DNA from: Priapulus caudatus | Taxonomy: Eukaryota | Direction of reading: 5' to 3' | DNA: 64,000 nucleotides | NCBI RefSeq assembly: GCF_000485595.1 | Contig: NW_014577063.1 | Span: forward strand, 242,019-306,018 | Shown here: in pieces, positions 27,535-40,700 of the stretch | Position numbering within the stretch: the first letter of the stretch is position 1 | How the letters are laid out: every line of letters begins with the position of its first letter | The notes under the pieces: generated by a model | Database searches by the model: none | The model's input: the letters and a program-made list of their open reading frames with translations, nothing else | Told to the model about the DNA's origin: nothing | Position numbers and translations under genes: made by a program

Positions 27535-27577
27535 CAGGAGTCTATAACTCTAATATAAGTCTATTGATAGACTCCTG
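27535..27577. mobile_element. 43-bp P-like footprint, same family as 25202-25237
   Basis: Runs caggagtctata...attgatagactcctg; flanks gtaggat/gtaagat. Confidence 0.7.
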
Positions 27578-28459
27578 GTAAGATGAATTAGGAGCAGCTG
27601 ATGTTAGCCTAGGGTTAGGAAAATTACTTGGAATTTTTTTGGAATTTTGAGCACATACATAAAGATTTATAATGTAAAAGATGTGTCTAAAGTCATACAG
27701 TACCCTGTACAAACACCATAGAGTTAGATATAAATGAGTCTGTGAATTGGTGTTATGAAGCAAAAGCAGGTATCTAGTGTATTTCAGTGTTTGTCTGTCT
27801 ATGCAGGTGAATGGTCTTCATTATCAACAGCAATTATAGCAAATAAACCAGTTCTATTTTTACTTACCTTACACTTATCTTATTTGTAGTCGGTTCACAG
27901 CTTTGCTGCGTTTTGACTTTCTCCGGTTCAACCGGTTGATGACAGTCCGGTTCATGACTTTCTCCATCATAATCAACAGTATTGAATTGTCTGCATTGGT
28001 AATAAGTGTTTTCGTCAGCACTATACTTGAAAAGACGCAATTACTGAATAAACGAAAATAGGTCGTACGAGTTGCGAACTGAACTTTTTATGGTGATGCA
28101 TAGTGGCGACTAACACCATAACTCGGTCTCATGTAATCCTCTCTAATCATTCACAAATGTATGCAAATGATATCAATTATTAAAATGATAATAAAAATGC
28201 ACGATAGAAAATGCTTTATGTGTTTATGGATCAATCCTTCCTCACAGATTTTATAGGTGAAATAAATGCAGTACAAAAATGCGAAATAAAGCAGATATGA
28301 AATTTCTCTGGCCATAAAGGTCTGATGAAAATCCAGAAAACTACCAAATCGACTGAGTATAAATCGAACAATTTTGACGTGTTCCCTGTGACGTTAAAGA
28401 ACTTATAGTGGACATTTTCAAAGGAATGTCCGAAAGTGCACTTGGTTGAGTGGATGGGT

Positions 28460-31400
28460 GAATTTTAACAAATTTACTAGAGCTATTTGGCAATATTGAT
28501 TCGCTCTCCCTCCCTCCCACTCTCACAACCCTCATACTATATCTCTTGCTTGCTCAGTTGCTCTCCCTCTCCCTCTCTCCCACTCTCCTTCACAACCCTC
28601 ATACTATCTCTCTCGCTCGATTGCTCCCCCTCCTTCTCACTCTCCTTCTCTCTTCCTACCTCTCTCACTCCCGTCACTTTGCCTAACCTTTATCTGGTTA
28701 ATTTACTTAACTCAAATCTCTATCGTCTCCTCTGCATATAATTTCCCTCTCGTCATTTCATTCATTCCGATTTTCTGTCACACATGCATAAATACACCAT
28801 AGAATATTCTAGGCTCACAGGCATCATCATGAACTAACTTATCACCCCAACCCCGTGCATTTTCTGTGCATTTTTGTGACCTCAGCCTAAGTTGTATATA
28901 TGGTACTGAAATGCCTGTTTACGTTATATCGTCAGAATTGTCCTAATATAGACCGTAAACGCCATATAATATAATCTATATATATAATAATCTATGTTAT
29001 GACGCCCCTGATATCGTCCATGATATAGTTTTTATAGCATAGTAAGTTAATCATGTAAAATGTATATGATGTACTTTTCTTTGTAGAAAATGTCATTAAT
29101 AAGAGAAATGCATTTCCTGAAAGTCAAACCATGTGATACTATCAAACGAACGGTTAAAAGCTCATGATGCATGATGCATGGCTTTAGTCGCGTGCGTGTT
29201 GTATGTATCACCGTGGGAATCTGGTTTTGCTTGTCGTTTGCTCGCTTCATGTTGTACTTTTCGAATTATTGCCTGCTTCGCTTCCGGAATTCAAAGGCGC
29301 GTATATTTATATTATATATATCGGTAATACTCACCTAACGTTGAACTCCGGCGTTCCTTTGCGCTCCTGAAAAGTGTATATTGTATATAATATATCAAAG
29401 GTGTTTATTAGCTCTTGAATATATATATATATATATATACAGGCCCGTAGCCAGCTTTCTATTGGGGGGGGTTCGTTTTTCAATGTTGGCAATTTGCTCG
29501 GCAGGGGCGTGTACAGGATTTGTACCAGGGGGGTCTAACCGTAACCCATAGTTGCGAGCACGCGAAGGGGGGGTCTGGTCTTAAATTTTTTTTAAATTAC
29601 ACCCCCTCAGATGCGTTTTCTGCGCGAGCAAGGGGGTGGTCCGGACTCCCTGTACAACGCGGCCCTGTCTCGGTGCAAGCGAAGCCGACCAGGCGAGGGA
29701 GCTCAAGCGACCGAGCGGGGAGGGTGTGGGAGGGGGTGTTCACTGCTTTACCCTCCGCGCACGATGGAGATTTTGGCAATTAGTTACAGCTAAAATGGAG
29801 CCGACGACCTGAGGTGAAATTCTTGGGCAAATTTTCAACAAAAAATTTTTTGGCTTCGGGGGGGGGCTCGGGGGGGTTAGGTCGTTCGCAACCCTGCGCG
29901 CGAACCCCCTGGCTACGGCGGCTGTATATATATAGTCGGTGTTTAATACTCGCCTAACAAGAATTTAATTGTTGAATTCCGGGCGCGCCGCTTTGAATTC
30001 CTCAAAGCGTATACGTATATGGTATAAAGTATATATATATATATATATTAATATGATATATATATATATATATATAATATAAAATTCACGTATGAAGAGA
30101 GGTTGAAGTAAAGCACGCATGGGATCAATTGGCACTTCATGTCTCGGAAACACATTTATGCAGCATGACACTGCAAAATTTATAAATGTCAAAGGCTTTA
30201 CAACTGAAGCAGAATCTTGCAAGGCACGGTGTTACAAAGCGGACACTGGTCACCAGTATGTAGTTTGCCGGTTGTAACGTGCAATGCGCAAACTATCCTG
30301 TATTGACGCCGCGGTTTCATTTCGCAGCGCCTGGCTTGTAACAGTTTGGGTCTAGGACTTCGGAGGGCGTGGTCCTCTGTTGGGCTGTTTTATATTTAAC
30401 ACTAAATTGCGCTTACCAATCTAAGGTGTTTTGGCTAGCGAAGTTAAAAGCGCTCCGGCGTATATACCCGCCGTGATTTATCTTGTGGACATATACAAAC
30501 GGTGCTTATATGCTCGTTAATACAAGCAGCTTGCATAATGCCATATCGCCGCTCCATTTATCCGCTGATAAATAATTTTAGTTGTATAAGTAAGCGTTTT
30601 ATATTGAGCTACTACATCTTCACCGCGCGATAGAGAAGGGGATGACGCTGCTATGGACAAAGCAGCCACTGATCATTTAATACTATATATCATGTGCCTG
30701 GGGCAGGGGAAGCAGGTGCCCGATGGAATGACGAATCGCTATTATAGCTTCTGAATTACGCCGCGAGATCGCCCGCCGTCGTAATCCGCGTTTGTTCTTT
30801 GCGATATATTCGGGTAGCGTGTACCGTGTAACGTGTGCGTACGCTGTGTGCGTCACACGTATAGAGATATCCCGCCCGCTGTATGGAGTGTAGTTATGCG
30901 GATCGATAGTATCAGCAGCGGGTGAATTAATAATTTCAAATTTGTCAATATTCACCCCGCTTATCAGTCAGCGCTATGTAGACTTGCAGAATAAGTAGTA
31001 ACCAATAAAAATAATCATAGATAACCGACCTATATTATTTCGTCTATGCTATATTATGCAAGAGCTAATACAATGGCTATAAACATCAGTAATTTATTAG
31101 CTCTTGATATTATTTCTATGGTAGGCTGTAACGCACGAAGTGTCGATCCTTCTACGCATGGAGCCTAAATATAACAGGCTGTTATATTAGCTCCTTGCTT
31201 CTAGCGTAGCTACGAATACGTCATATTATATATATATATATATATATAAATATAAATATAAATATAACAGCTGTTAAGATTTAGCTCCTTGCTTCTACGT
31301 AGCGCTACGATATACGCATTATTATATATAATAATATTATATATATATGTTCATATTTTTATATAATATATATTGACATCAGGAGTAGATAATAGCGGAA

Positions 31401-32500
31401 TTATTCTATAATAGGATTGAGGGCCTATCAGGGAATTCCCGTATTATCTACTCCTGATAATAACATCATGTTTCTTGTGGCAAACAAAGCAATGCGAAAT
31501 ACATGTCAGGAGTCTATGCAATTAGATGATTGCATAGACTCCTGATACAAATTGTCCTATGCTCTAATCGGACTGGGCTAGCGAACCGCCCGAAAACCTC
31601 CCGATTAACCGCGGTGGTCTCCACAAGCAGCTTTAAACTTTAGAGACATTTCTTTGCTAAGAAACCCATTGCCAAATGAGAAAAGGCACATCACAATTTA
31701 ATAACGTAAGCTGATATTATCTATTAGTGGTAACATGTAAATGTAGTTGTTTCATCAACACGCATGTTCACACGTAACTCAGCACTTAGGCTGTGGTTCA
31801 TCACGCGACCATCGCCCTCTCTACCATTGCTCAACAGTAACACCGGGTTACCTAAGTTGAAGCCTAGACTAAAGATCAAAGAAATTCTAGTAAAGAATTG
31901 ATTAAACATATAAATTGATGGGTACTGATTTACAGATACGATCTCGAACGTTAACGGTCATGGAATGTCGCGTTGCACGCAATTTCTCAGCATATTTATT
32001 GCAGAGATATATGCTAGATATTAATTTCTTGGGAAGACATCTTGGATTTCCATTGGATTCTTTGAAGGTTCCATCGCGCTACTCGCTTACATTTGACAAT
32101 TGTATAGACTATTTTCCGTCTCGTACATGGAGCTACACTGTCGTTGGCTATACATATCAAGCGTGCTTTTGGGCCTTGCGTGCGACCAGCCATTGGTGAG
32201 TTCGTCTATTCCGAGTAAAGGATGCAAAGTACACCTACTCCGTCGAGGAGACTGGCAGGGTCGCAGCTGTAACGGGGTCCGCGTTACATCCGGCCTACAG
32301 TTCCGTTTTATACGTGCTTTGTGTACCAAAGCGGAGATAGTGCTTTTAGCTTGAATTAGTGCGAGGCCGGAGAGCACGCATACAGCGCAATGTACGCGCA
32401 GTTTAAACCCCCACAGACCCCAGAATGTCTGATGAGTTTATACGCAAGTATTAGTCTTCCTGCTTCTCACGCACCGCGTTGGCAGCGATTCTTCTCTCTC
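28460..32500 (+). repeat. Indel-rich direct duplicate of about 22240-26170
   Basis: Colinear match including all nested MITEs; the differences are mostly single-base indels. Confidence 0.92.
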
Positions 32501-35500
32501 TCATCCTACTCTGCTCTCTTCTCTCTCTCATCTCTCTCTCGATCTCTCTCTCTCCTCTCTCTCTCTGCTCTCTCTCTCTCTCTCTCTCTGTCTCATCTCT
32601 CTGCTCTCTCTCGTCTCTTCGTCTGTCTCTCTCTCTCTCTGTCTGTCTGTCTGTCTGTCTGTGTCTGTCTCTCCCTCTCTCTCGCTCTCTCCCCTTCCTC
32701 CCTCCCTCCCCCTCTTTCTTTAGCGCGCACACTCTTGCGCGCTTGCTCGTGCTCTATCTTTGCTATTTATTTTCATCTTTCTCAGTCTCCTTTTTTTCCT
32801 CCTCTTCTTCTCTCTCCCGCCACCCCCCCATCTCTCTCGTCCTCTCTTTTCTCTCTTTATTCTCTGTCTCACATCTCCTTTTCTCTCTCTCTCTCTCTCG
32901 TCTCTTTTCTCTCTCTCTCTCGTCTCTCTCTCAGCTTCTTCTGGCGATGTCTCTCTCTTCCTCTCTCTCTCTATTACTATTACTGCCCCCTTCTCTCGCT
33001 CTCTCGCTCTCTCTGCCTCTGGACCGACCAGGTCACCTGTCGCGGTTAATGCTATGTCGCAGGGATCGTTTTCGCATAAATAAATCTTCACTTTCTGATC
33101 CGGTCTCTCAGGTTACGTGAAGCTTAGGCATCGAAGCGAGGGCGTTCCTGCAGCGTGTGCGTGCGTGCGTGCGTGAGAGGCTGGCGTGAGAGCGCGAGGG
33201 GTCGGTGGGACGGCGGCCGCTGAGTTGACCATTACGAGTATTCATCATCGAAGTAGCAGGTGCGATGCAGGTTGTAATATCTCGGCTGCTTGTTATCGCT
33301 GTGCGTCGTAGCGCGAGCATAAGAAGGGCCAATTACGAGCGAGTAGCTGCGGCCGTGCGAACTGGATGCTTAGGTGTCCGTCGAAGTGTGCAAGCCGATT
33401 CAACGCATCCGTAGGGAAGACGCGAAATAATGTTGGCTTACATCAACGCGAGGTAACGATTGCGGAGCGAGGGTCTAGCGCACATGAAAGACAGGTGGGG
33501 TAGGGTTGGGAGAGACGAAACGGGTAAAAGGCAAGAGGAAGAGAGGTAACAGAGCAAAACGTAACGCGGCTGCTGTGCTGCGGTCGTCAAGGAACGAAGA
33601 GGTAGGGAGAAGAGGGTTGACTTATAATAATATATATACTATATATATATATATATGATAATATATATATATATCATATATCGAAGAGTAATTGACACAA
33701 CCCCGTCCCATCCGCATTCACTAAGCATCGTCTAACTATTCTAACTTATCAGTTCAGGGGGGCAGTGCTCTCAGTTAGTCTCCTGCACAAGTCCCTCCCC
33801 ACTCTCTCAGCTCCCAGCCACGTCTCTCTCTCCCGCTTTTCTCTCTTCTCTCTCTCTTTCTCGTCTGCTCACTCTATATATATATATACTAATATATATA
33901 TATATATATATATAACAAGAGTATCATGATAGAGAATATTAAATTCCATCCTATTAAAGCAAGTTAATTCTCTATTATGTACTCCTTGATATATATATAG
34001 ATTAATATATATAGATGAGAGAAGACGAGAGTAGATGGGGTAGGGGGACTGCGAGAGACAGAGCACTGCACCCTAACTGATAAGTATAGAAATAGAGTGA
34101 ATGGGGATGGGACGGTGTGCTGCGACCTCATTAAAATGCTATGTGTCAAGCTTCCAGACATGCAACCTTGTGACGGGAAGCGCTTTGCAATTTTCGCAGC
34201 GGTTATTGACTACATCGCTCAGTGAATTATTTCTAGTTGGGGGGGGGGGCCAGAATGGAAGATAGTTTTGCAGCGTATTATAATAGACTGACAGAGGTTC
34301 AGATTGCTGAGTAGGCAACCTAAGCAACGGGTGACAGATTGCGAGATGCGTTTCTGATATGATTTATATCAAAGTAAACGTTTCGTGTTGGTTGGCTATT
34401 TTTCACTTCGCGTGACTGCCCGCGTTATCGTGAAATGGGTTTCTCACAAAGCTTTTTCTATCGATCTCTACAAATACGGCTCGTAAATTCATCTGGATGA
34501 ACGGGGGTGTTGACAGGAGCACTTAGCAAGTAGTTGCTTTGCCGACTCTATAATGTCTGATATTATATAGAGTCGCGCGTCCCTCGCGTCTCTTCGACGA
34601 GGTGCTCTCTGTATAGAAGGCTGCGCGTTGCCATGCACGAATGACCGTCTCCTCCATCGTCTTTCGTTAGCGCGCTCGGGTTGTAGTTTAACGGCGTCCA
34701 CCCACTAATGGTACTTTCATGCTGATGTTCTAGACTGGAGTGGTTATCACCCATCCATGCAACATTGACGTCCACGAACAAGAACACGCACCCCCGCCAC
34801 CCTACCCATTTAAAACCCATTCGGATACACCGCTGTCTACTGTGTAACCTCAAATGGCTGCCTTTCTTATCACTGTGTGCCGCAGACGTTGTACAGTCGT
34901 GGCGATAGGTCGGGTTAGCCTTGGCCTTAGTTTAGTTAAATCTCGTCTAATGTAGTGGGAACATCGGCGTGGGTGACGCATGCGCACATCTCTGTAAAGT
35001 GTATATACTTACGGCACATTTGCTGCGCACATTTGCGGCGTGTCGCCGGTAAGGGATTTGTGTCACTCTCTGTGAGACATCATGCAGCTTGGACTAAAGT
35101 TCCCCTTACGCAGAGGGACTCCGCTAGCAGATACGTGTTCCCTGGGCGGTAGCGTCTCCTACTGTATAGAGAGGCGCTTCCGTACAGCTGCGATGAACGA
35201 ATTGCCAGTCAGTTTGTTTTCTTAGGATAGTTAAAGATAGTAAGCACTAGTGGGGGAATTGAAGAATCTTTCATTGGTGAGTCAGGCCGCGAGAGCGTGC
35301 TGTCCAGGAGAGCTATTGATTCCCTCTGCTCATGCACAACGCACCCATGGAAGCACACACATGCACGCACGCGCACAGGCGCACGCACATGCACTGTTAC
35401 TTGCGCCACTATTAATTTTCCGTAAAGCCACAATCTGCTTTAATTTCGCCCTTGCAAACAGAGTGTATTGAAATCGGCTTATTTCCTTGAAATATAAATC

Positions 35501-36624
35501 CCCGCGGGATATAAAACATTTCCAGGTAATGCGCTCCATAAGTTGGCTACTGCTCGGCAGCTGAGGAGCGGTAATGATAGAATGCAAGCTTATATCTCTC
35601 TGTTCGGATCGTTAAGACGAATTCATTCATCGGGGATTTCCAAGATAGGATTATATCCTGCGTTGGAAGAGTATAATAGAAAAGTGACACATGATCGAGT
35701 GTGGTGTTGTTCAACGGGCAATGTGAGGGGAAAACTTTAGCTGGAGCATGGATGGCGCATTATATCTGAACTATAGGCCAAAGTTTAAAATCATGAAAAT
35801 ATGACTATTTCCTTAAGCTTCTCTTTACTACAACACCCCCATTAAATCCTCGTTTTTTTGCGCTTATTTCAACATCTATTGACTATATTTCTTATTATCC
35901 ATATCTAATATATATGGCATATACACAGTTGTTATACTGCTATGTTTTGTCTTGGCAGTCTTGCAATGTTAACTTTCGCCTAATACTCACTTCTGGGGGT
36001 CGTTGGCAGAAACATCGTAAAGTTAATGATAATGTTAAGACTAATTTTGTTTCTGACAACGGGCTCCAGTCTTAAAGAGCGAAAAATTGTAGAGGAGAAG
36101 CTCTTTAGAAAAATCGATATATTTAAAGTCACCGATTGTGTGCGCGTAGCAGGATTATCGTTCGGTACACAATATTGCGCTAATAAACTATTTATTTGTG
36201 CAAAGTGGACTTCCATTGAATTAGGACACCGCTTATCGGGATTTATGTTCCTGTTAACCCCGTAATCCTTTGTTTAAGTTAATGAGCCGGTGTATGTGTA
36301 GAGTAATTATGTAGATTAAAGTGGGTTGTGTCATAGATATTTCACGTACGGGAGGCTGCGTGCCATCTAGAATATTACAGAAATCTTGCCCGCTGGGAAA
36401 TTCAGGGGCATTATGAATACTTTATAATTATTAGGAAAATGAGTGACAAAGAAGACCGAACGAATATCGTGAAATCATAATTCCATGTGCGCGTATAGCA
36501 TTATGTAATGATGTAGTGTTGTGTGTATTACGTATTCCAGGGAATTATTTGGGCATAATGTAGTAGAAACGTTATATATAACAATTCGCGGGGAAGGCCG
36601 TGGTTACGATGCGCGCGAGAGCCA

Positions 36625-36900
36625 GCGAGTCGGGCAGAGCGGTCACAGAGAGGAGACGTGTAGGTGTGCAAAGGTCAGGCAGAGTGACCAGAGAAAGCGG
36701 GAATGTGGGAAGGTCGGGTAGAGCGGTCTCAGAGAGGAGACGTGTAGGTGTGCAATGGTCAGGCAGAGTGACCAGAGAAAGCGGACATGTGAGAAGGTCG
36801 GATAGGGCGATCACAGAGAGCAGACGTGTAGGAGTCGGGCAGAGTTAGCCGAGACAACGGACGTGTGATAGGAGTCGGAAAGAGCGACGAGAGAGAAAGA
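36625..36900. repeat. Minisatellite, about 84-bp period (two related subunits)
   Basis: gagcggtc(a/t)cagagaggagacgtgtaggtgtgcaa recurs at 36637 and 36721. Confidence 0.85.
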
Positions 36901-37334
36901 GAGGGAGAGAGAGCGGACGAGAATATCGAAAAGGTGGTTCATAAGAGTGTATAGAGTGACATAAATTCGCAAATTGTATGCAAATAAGCAAGACTGTTAT
37001 AGTGTCATTGATATATACATTAGCGTAGTAACTAGCGGAAGCGGATAGCGAAAAGCCGCAACAACGCGAAAACCTACATGCTCATGTTTGTACCTATTAG
37101 GTGAGATATAATTTAACCTAAAAAGTCGTGAGCATTTTTTTCCACAATGTGCATCATTACTGAAAAGGAATGCTTTCAAAGAAGACCCGGTTACCTCCAT
37201 ACCGGGCAGATTCGGTGTCCTAGATAACTCGTTAATCATCGTAGTCCCAACGAGAACGTAGCGGCATTCTTTACTACATACGTGGCTTTCCGGTTGCAAG
37301 CGTCTATCATGGTGCCCTGATTCCCCCATATAAC

Positions 37335-37733
37335 CACGGGCGCTTGGAACGTTTCAATGTCAAAATCATGGTAAATAAACACGAAATGTATTTACTTTCA
37401 AAGTCTCAATGTTGATGTTTTCTCTATCGACTACTAATACCATGTAAATGCGGTTTAAATGCTCCTCTGCAACACACGATGTCACCGCACGCACACCACT
37501 GTGCACAAACTCTTCTAGAAAAGATAGAAAGATGGAACTCTATCTTTCTGTGAGGTTGTGCTCAGTGGGGGTGCGTGGGGTGAAATTGTGTGTTGCAGAG
37601 AAGCGTCTGAACTGCATTTACGGGGCACTGTTACCAATAATAGGCGAAAGAGAATAGATAAAGATTTTTGTAGTAAATACTTTTCGTGTTTATTTACCAA
37701 CATTTTATTATTGAAACGTTCCAAGTGCCTGTG
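37335..37733. mobile_element. MITE with CAC(A/G)GGC(A/G)CTTG ends, related to the 59729-60184 element
   Basis: Runs cacgggcgcttggaacgtttcaat...attgaaacgttccaagtgcctgtg; flanks catataac/cacagaac (6/8 match). Confidence 0.75.
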
Positions 37734-40700
37734 CACAGAACGGTTGCGACGGAAACCCGCTGTTTGGGAATCGTGTGGCGTGGTGTGACGTGGCATGGCG
37801 TGGTGTAACGTAGTGTGGCGTGGCGCGTGGTGTGACGTGGTGTGACGTAGCGTGGCGTGGCGCGTGGTGTGACGTAGTGTGGCGTGGCGCGTGGTGTGAC
37901 GTGGTGTGACGTAGCGTGGCGTGGCATGGTATTGTACGTGTTATGTAATACGGCTATTATTTTCTGCTATTTTGGTATTTTTACGGCTGTATTTTCTATA
38001 GGTCGTCTGTCGGATAAACGGTCGGGAACGGAGAATCGCCTGCGGGCAGCGATGATGATGAAGCAGTGTGCGGTGGAGCGGGCAGAACGACTGAAATGTT
38101 GCTCTTATGGAAGGTCAGCGTGTCGCACCATCTTCTGCGAACTTTACGCTTCCCCGCCGACAGCGAATCGAATAAAAAAAAACCGACGAGCTAGAGTTCT
38201 TCTCTGTTACATAGACTATAGTCTGCACCGGCATCCTTTCTAATGTGTTACATGCCACCATTACGATGGAGCACATGACAGACCCGGGATGAATGGGCGC
38301 GTGAGAGATGGAGCGGGGATGTGCGCTGGGCGGGGGCTAGGCCCGCACGTGCGAGCGTCGAGTCGCCTCCAAATGTACGCGCGAAACACGAAAACAACGT
38401 TTACGAATTGATAAATTGCTTGTGTTATTGAAGTTCGATGAGGCTTTGCTCAGTGCAACACTTTGCAGGGAAACATTCGATGTTTGTGTCGACTCTACTT
38501 CGGCGAGGGCGGTCAAGCCATACCCAAGTAACTCCGGTTCGGTCAAGCTGTTTCCGTCATGCGTGCGCGAAATCAAATGCTGCTATTGAATTCAAACAGA
38601 TAACGGCAAAAGTTACCAAACACTTAAAATATTGAGGTATTATCATAACCATAGTGGAAATATAACAACGTAAAGATATTGTGTTAGCAAGACTAACAAA
38701 TGAAAAATTCTGCATTGCAACTTGATGGTATACAAAGTAAGGCGTTATAGGACCAGGAGGCCCAGGAACAAGAATCGCTGAAAGGAGAGGTTTCGATGAT
38801 GCGTAATAGCAGGAGAGGGTGGGGGCACCTCATGAATAAATACCCATACTGAAGAAATCAGACGGGAAGGTCAATAAATAGGGACGCCAGTCCGCGCTGG
38901 CTGACCCCCGCTCTGGATCGCACCTTCTCCGAAGAGGCAATGTATCCAGTAACTGCTCTCGGTGTTCTGGTAGATTTGCATCATAAACCACCCTAAGTAA
39001 ATTATACGTAACGCGTGCTTCCTTGAAGTCATAATAAATACTCAATAGGAGTGCGCCAATTCACAGCAGATGTGATAACTCCAGACGTGCCTCCAGAAAC
39101 CGCTCATCAAGCAAGCGGTGACAAGTGTCCACTTTCTGTTTTTTATCATGTAGCGCTGGGGAGTAGCCTACCATCGTGCGCTGGATAGCTTAGAATGAGT
39201 AGTAAGAATATAGAATAAGGGTGTATCAGAACGGTTAGGTAATCATAGCCCTATAGCCTAGAACCTCTAAACAATATGTTGTATATATTTTTGGTCATTT
39301 TGCGGGTTACGCAAAATTATACACCTTCGATCAGAATGTGAGCATCATCAATGGAATTCGATGCGAGCATCAGTAGGAGTATTGGTGTGGGTATCGCAAT
39401 GACAAAATTCGATGACATATTATTAGAAATATCGATGACATATTAATTAGATAATTGCGATGACATGTTAATTAGAATTCGATGGCCATCACTAAATACG
39501 ATGCGGTTCATCTGAGAATTCGACTAAGCATCACGGCACCAAGAAGTTCGAAGCGGTATAGTAAAGATGGACGGCCTGATAAGGTGTCAGCATGCGCCTC
39601 AGCCGGATCGCCGCCTGCTAGCCGGATGGGCGTGTAGATGTGTTGCTGTGAGTCGGAAGTGCCAGATCAGGCCTACCGATATGAATGCAAAGATATGCCA
39701 ATTGTTTTTGTTATTTTCCGCGATTCGTTGTGTATAGTAATTACAGTCTGGCAGCAGAGGGTACATAGAGGCTAGGTTCCTTCAGGTAAGAGGCAATAGG
39801 TAATATCGAAAATGGAATATTTAACTATTATTATTATTATTATTATTAGTAGTAGTATTTTATTATCTAATGCTATTATTTGTGGTATTAGGTAGGAGAA
39901 TAGTAGATGCAGAGATAAATAGTATCTCCAATCGCGCCTAATCCGAGTATTCCGGACCAGATGCCCAACCGACGATTTTGGTAGGATTTAATGGTGTGAG
40001 GTTTGTCCGAGGAAACTCAGCTATCCGCGTCGAGCATGGACAGGCAGAACGCGTCTGTTTAATGCCCGACCACGCGGCGTCGCGTCGTGTTCTGCGTAAT
40101 TAGAGCTCGGCGAGTGAGAAGCGCGTTTATGTGTGTTTTAGACGATTAATGATCCGCGTTGTACCAGAAGCCGTGGTTCTACCCCGTCACGCATTGGCCG
40201 TGTGAATGACGAGCGCGGTGTACCGTTTAATAGGTACTTATAGACGACGGTAAAATGTCTAGCGAAAATTGTCATGCTTCCATTGCCGATACCCCATTAG
40301 TGGCCTTGTCGTTCTGACGTCTCAAAGAATGTCCCCCCTTGTGGCTTCGCCTACACGGATCGTGATGACCGAAAACGGACATGCAATACGAAAGGTCAGT
40401 CTACGGCGTATACGGGGCATTTTGTTTGTACGGATAAGATGTGAGACCGGACAACAGTTGTTTCCTCTGATTTGCGTGCAATTTGAAANNNNNNNNNNNN
40501 NNNNNNNNNNNNNTTAGGTAATAGCGAAAATGGCGCCAATATTGAGACTATCTATCTATTGAATTATTATTATTAGTAGGTAGATTATTATTATTATCTA
40601 TTATCTGTTGGGTATTAGGTAGGAGATAGAAGATGGCAGATAATAGTATCACGCGCCTAATCCGAGTTTCCTCGGACCAATGCCCCACACCGACGAGTGT

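Noticed and set aside
32390..33120. Ser/Leu-rich ORFs
   Set aside because: Degenerate (CT)n microsatellite.
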